From an uncultured Myxococcales bacterium (lineage in GTDB: Bacteria > Desulfobacterota > Binatia > UBA1149 > CAITLU01), in NCBI GenBank assembly GCA_964475235.1, contig CAYYVZ010000002.1, positions 1 to 39,110 of the forward strand: a stretch of DNA of 39,110 bases, read 5' to 3'. Both the position numbers and the translations under genes were made by a program. This document shows positions 34,322 through 39,110 of this stretch, piece by piece. The notes under the pieces are model-generated. The model saw nothing but the letters and a program-made list of their open reading frames with translations, ran no database searches and was not told the origin of the DNA. The first letter of the stretch is position 1; every line of letters begins with the position of its first letter.

Positions 34322-35131
34322 GTGCTTACCGCCGAGTCCGTGCGGCTCGATCTTCCTGTGGCCGGGCCGGCGAGCAGGATGGCGGCGTACGCCATCGACT
34401 TCCTCGCGATCTCCGTGCTCGCCCTGCTGGTGGTCGTGCTCTTTGCGGGTTCCGGCACGCTCGCCAGCTGGATCGTCGAGCAGTTCAGGGAGCTTCTCGC
34501 GCTGATTCCGGAGCCCGGCGAGCCGCCGGACGTCGAACGGATCCGCACCTTCGTGCTCGTCTCGGTCGTGGTCGCCCTGACGCTGCAGCTCGGCGTGGAG
34601 CTGCTGTACTTCGCCTTCTTCGAACGGGTCTGGCGAGGCCAGTCGCCCGGCAAGCGCCTGCTCAAGCTGAGGGTCGTCAGCGACGACGGCGGCGGTGTGT
34701 CGGCGAACCAGTCCGTGACGCGCAACCTGCTGCGTGTCGCCGACATCCTGCCGGCCCAGTACATCGTCGGCCTCGCGTCCATGCTGAGCTCGACCAGCGG
34801 CAAGCGGCTCGGCGACTGGGCGGCAGGCACGATCGTGATTCGCCTCGATCGCCCGGCCGGCGCGGCGGCAATCGACGACGAGCCCATGCCCGGCGACGAA
34901 ACGTTCGTGTTCGATGCGCAGCAGCTGCGGACGATGGGGCGCGTCGAGCTCACGCTTCTGCGGCGCGCGCTCCGGCAGGCCGACGACGCCGACTCCGAAG
35001 CGCGCGCACGAATACTCGAGAAGGCGACGACCGCGCTCGCCTCGCGCATGGGCTACTCCGCGCCGGTCGCGCCCGGACAGCAGCGGGCGTTTCTGCGCGC
35101 CCTGCACCGCGCCGTGACACTGCATCGTTAG
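34322..35131 (+). CDS. RDD family membrane protein, about 269 aa (GTG start at 34322 or 34304)
   Basis: PASRMAAYAIDFLAI...FFERVWRGQSPGKRLLKLRVV...NLLRVADILP...GKRLGDWAAGTIVI is the RDD-domain pattern. Divergent from the SpoIIM-like gene. Confidence 0.78.
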   Translation: MLTAESVRLDLPVAGPASRMAAYAIDFLAISVLALLVVVLFAGSGTLASWIVEQFRELLALIPEPGEPPDVERIRTFVLVSVVVALTLQLGVELLYFAFFERVWRGQSPGKRLLKLRVVSDDGGGVSANQSVTRNLLRVADILPAQYIVGLASMLSSTSGKRLGDWAAGTIVIRLDRPAGAAAIDDEPMPGDETFVFDAQQLRTMGRVELTLLRRALRQADDADSEARARILEKATTALASRMGYSAPVAPGQQRAFLRALHRAVTLHR

Positions 35132-35235
35132 CGGACCTGCCGCACCGTTCAGCGGCGCTGCACATTTCCGGAGCGAGCGTTCCGTCCCTGCGCGGGCTGG
35201 GCCGATCGGCGAGCTCCGTGCTACGGTGCTCCGTC

Positions 35236-37161
<1,926 letters not shown>

Positions 37162-37223
37162 GATCGGGGACGGATCCCGATTTGCCCCGGGCCGCCGCCG
37201 CTGCTTTCCTGTGCGGCCGCCGG

Positions 37224-37598
37224 ATGATCGAACCGATTCGCAAGCTCGTCGCACGACGCCTTCCCGCCGCGCTCTGCCTGCTGGCCGCGGCGATGCAGGT
37301 CGGCCTGCCGGCTCTGCATGCGCCGCACTCGGCGAGCATCCGTCCGGAAGTCGTCGCCGCCGGCGGCGCCGCCGTTCTCATCGACGCTCGGAACGTTGCC
37401 GACGAGGGTCCTCACGACCCGGCGTCGTGCTCGCAGTGCCGCCTCGTCTCCCAGCTCAAGTCGCTGGCCCCGCTTTCCGTCGTCGCCGCTCTTCCCGCCA
37501 TCGAGGCCCGCTGGCTCGGGGCGACTCCGGCGGCCGGTCTGCTCTCCCACGCCGGACACGGGACCGGCGCGCCGCGCGCTCCGCCCTTCCTCGCCTGA
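37224..37598 (+). CDS. Small DUF2946-like protein, 124 aa
   Basis: N-terminal hydrophobic helix LPAALCLLAAAMQVGLPALHAP, a central HDPASCSQC motif, and C-terminal GAPRAPPFLA. This resembles the DUF2946 layout of TM, His/CxxC and C-terminal R(A/G)PP. Confidence 0.5.
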   Translation: MIEPIRKLVARRLPAALCLLAAAMQVGLPALHAPHSASIRPEVVAAGGAAVLIDARNVADEGPHDPASCSQCRLVSQLKSLAPLSVVAALPAIEARWLGATPAAGLLSHAGHGTGAPRAPPFLA

Positions 37599-37722
37599 AC
37601 AGCACCTTTTCCGTTTCTTTCCGACGGTAGTGCGCGCGGCGTATCTGCCGTGGCCGAGCATTCGCGCGTTTGCGCGCATCTGCGGTCGCGGGCGTCGCGT
37701 TCGTACAGGCAAGGAGTCCAAC

Positions 37723-39110
37723 ATGTTCTCATCGCACCGCGTGCCGCCCCTTCGAAGGGCGGCCCGCATCCTTTTCTTCATGACCCTCGTCGTTGCGCTT
37801 CCGGCCGCTCCGGCCCGCGCGGGCGATACCGAAGCCGAGATCCGCTCGCTCCGCGAGGAGGTGGAAACGCTGCGCCGACGTGACGACGAGAACCGCGCGC
37901 GCATGGCCGAGATGGAGCGCATGCTGCGCGAGGTCCTCGACGCGCGCGCGGCGACGCCGGCCGCGACTCCGCACGGCACGCCGGCCGCGCGGCCGGGTTC
38001 GGACGCCTCGTCGCAAGCAGCCACTGCCACCACGCCGGCCGAGGCTCTCGACCGCGCGCTCGCTGCCTCACCATCGGCACCGACACCGGCGCCGGCGGCA
38101 GGCGGCGCAGGCGGCGATCTTGCGTCGGCCACCATCGGCGGCGGGGCGGCGCGCGCGCGCCTGATCGACATTGCGTTCTCGACTCTCGTCGCCGGCGGCG
38201 GTTCGTCGGTGGGCAACGAAGCGCTGGGCGAGCTTCAGGGCGGCGGTCACGATCCGAACCAGAACGGGTTTACGCTGCAGCAGGGCGAGCTGTCGCTGAC
38301 CGGCGCCGTCGATCCGTACTTCTCGGGCGAGGCGCACATCGTTGCGTCGCTCCACGGCGTCGAGCTCGAGGAGGCGTTCCTCACGACGAGCGCGCTGCCG
38401 CTCGGCCTCCAGGTCGAGGCGGGCTACTCGCTGACCGAGTTCGGCCTGATCAACCCGACGCACGTGCATGCATGGGACTGGCTCGACCAGCCGGTCGTCA
38501 ACACGCGCATGTTCGGCAGTGAGGGGACGCGCTCGCCGGGCGCACGCCTGGCGTGGCTGCTACCCGTGCCCTTCTTCGCGGAGCTCCACGCGGGCGTGCA
38601 GAACGCCAACGAAGGCGAGTTCACGCCGAGCTTCATGGCCGCCGAAGGGGTCGGCGGGAGGCCGAGCGTGGATCGCGACGTGCGCGGCTTCGACGACCTG
38701 CTCTGGCTCGTGCGCGCGAACGCGTCGTGGGACCTGACGGACCAGACCGCGCTGCTCGTCGGAGCATCGGGCCTCTACGGCCCGAACCAGACCGGCTCCG
38801 ACGGAGAAACGTGGATCTACGGGATCGACGCGAAACTGAGATGGCGGCCCGCCGACAACTTCCGCGGCTGGCCCTTCGTGCTGTGGCAGACGGAGGCGAT
38901 CGGCCGCAGCTACCACGCCGACGGTTTCGTCGCGGGCACCGACATCGATCCGGCTTCGGGCGAGTTCCCGAACGACCTCGCCTCCGGCACGCTGCACGAC
39001 GAAGGCTTCTACACGCAGCTTCTGGTCGGATTTCACTACGGCTGGGCGGCCGGGCTTCGTGCCGAGTATGCGACGGGAAGCGGCGCGAGCATCGCCGACG
39101 GCATCCTCGT
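37723..39110 (+). CDS. Outer-membrane beta-barrel / porin-like protein with an N-terminal coiled coil. Partial: runs off the right edge.
   Basis: Absent from the ORF track because it has no in-window stop. AAGGAG at 37711-37716 precedes the ATG at 37723. Signal peptide MFSSHRVPPLRRAARILFFMTLVVALPAAPARA. Coiled coil EAEIRSLREEVETLRRRDDENRARMAEMERMLREV, an Ala/Pro linker, then alternating beta-strand-like sequence (GGGHDPNQNGFTLQQGELSLTGAVDPYFSGEAHIV...YGIDAKLRWRP...). The frame is open for 462 codons. Confidence 0.75.
   Translation, partial: MFSSHRVPPLRRAARILFFMTLVVALPAAPARAGDTEAEIRSLREEVETLRRRDDENRARMAEMERMLREVLDARAATPAATPHGTPAARPGSDASSQAATATTPAEALDRALAASPSAPTPAPAAGGAGGDLASATIGGGAARARLIDIAFSTLVAGGGSSVGNEALGELQGGGHDPNQNGFTLQQGELSLTGAVDPYFSGEAHIVASLHGVELEEAFLTTSALPLGLQVEAGYSLTEFGLINPTHVHAWDWLDQPVVNTRMFGSEGTRSPGARLAWLLPVPFFAELHAGVQNANEGEFTPSFMAAEGVGGRPSVDRDVRGFDDLLWLVRANASWDLTDQTALLVGASGLYGPNQTGSDGETWIYGIDAKLRWRPADNFRGWPFVLWQTEAIGRSYHADGFVAGTDIDPASGEFPNDLASGTLHDEGFYTQLLVGFHYGWAAGLRAEYATGSGASIADGIL

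Overview
High-GC bacterial chromosomal segment: roughly 68-70% GC by eye, with third-codon-position GC of about 85-90% in the genes I accept. Lipoprotein signal peptides, an outer-membrane beta-barrel and a periplasmic alpha-2-macroglobulin point to a diderm organism. The taxon cannot be fixed from sequence alone, though the proteins resemble Myxococcota, Deltaproteobacteria or Binatota-type metagenomic contigs. I found no rRNA, tRNA, CRISPR array, transposase or integrase. About 31 protein genes are supportable. Most of the long ORFs in the six-frame track are alternate-frame or antisense shadows of these genes (Arg/Ala/Pro/Gly-rich translations). Left to right: (1) A minus-strand operon of methylmalonyl-CoA mutase (partial), a 1.3S-type biotin carrier, an epsilon-like peptide and a PccB/12S-type carboxyltransferase, with no biotin carboxylase. 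(2) Across a 485-bp gap and divergent from it, a second carboxyltransferase translationally coupled to an atypical 922-aa biotin carboxylase-linker-BCCP protein. (3) A Uma2 nuclease plus a VapBC toxin-antitoxin pair with an operator-like palindrome. (4) A stretch of envelope, lipid and redox genes: a secreted protein, an alpha/beta hydrolase, a UPF0104 flippase-like protein, DUF192, a membrane HdrD-like Fe-S oxidoreductase, a histidine phosphatase and pssA. (5) A Cys-rich secreted protein, an orphan histidine kinase, and a secreted protein ending in a 36-bp x6 tandem repeat. (6) A 1988-aa thioester-bearing alpha-2-macroglobulin lipoprotein. (7) A tightly packed seven-gene membrane MoxR/DUF58/DUF4350/DUF4129/SpoIIM/RDD cluster followed by a membrane-anchored Ser/Thr kinase. 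(8) A DUF2946-like peptide plus a coiled-coil outer-membrane barrel (partial). The best candidates for an undescribed system are the atypical carboxylase pair (3475-7901) and the MoxR membrane cluster (28324-35131). All family assignments come from motif recognition by eye and need HMM or BLAST confirmation.
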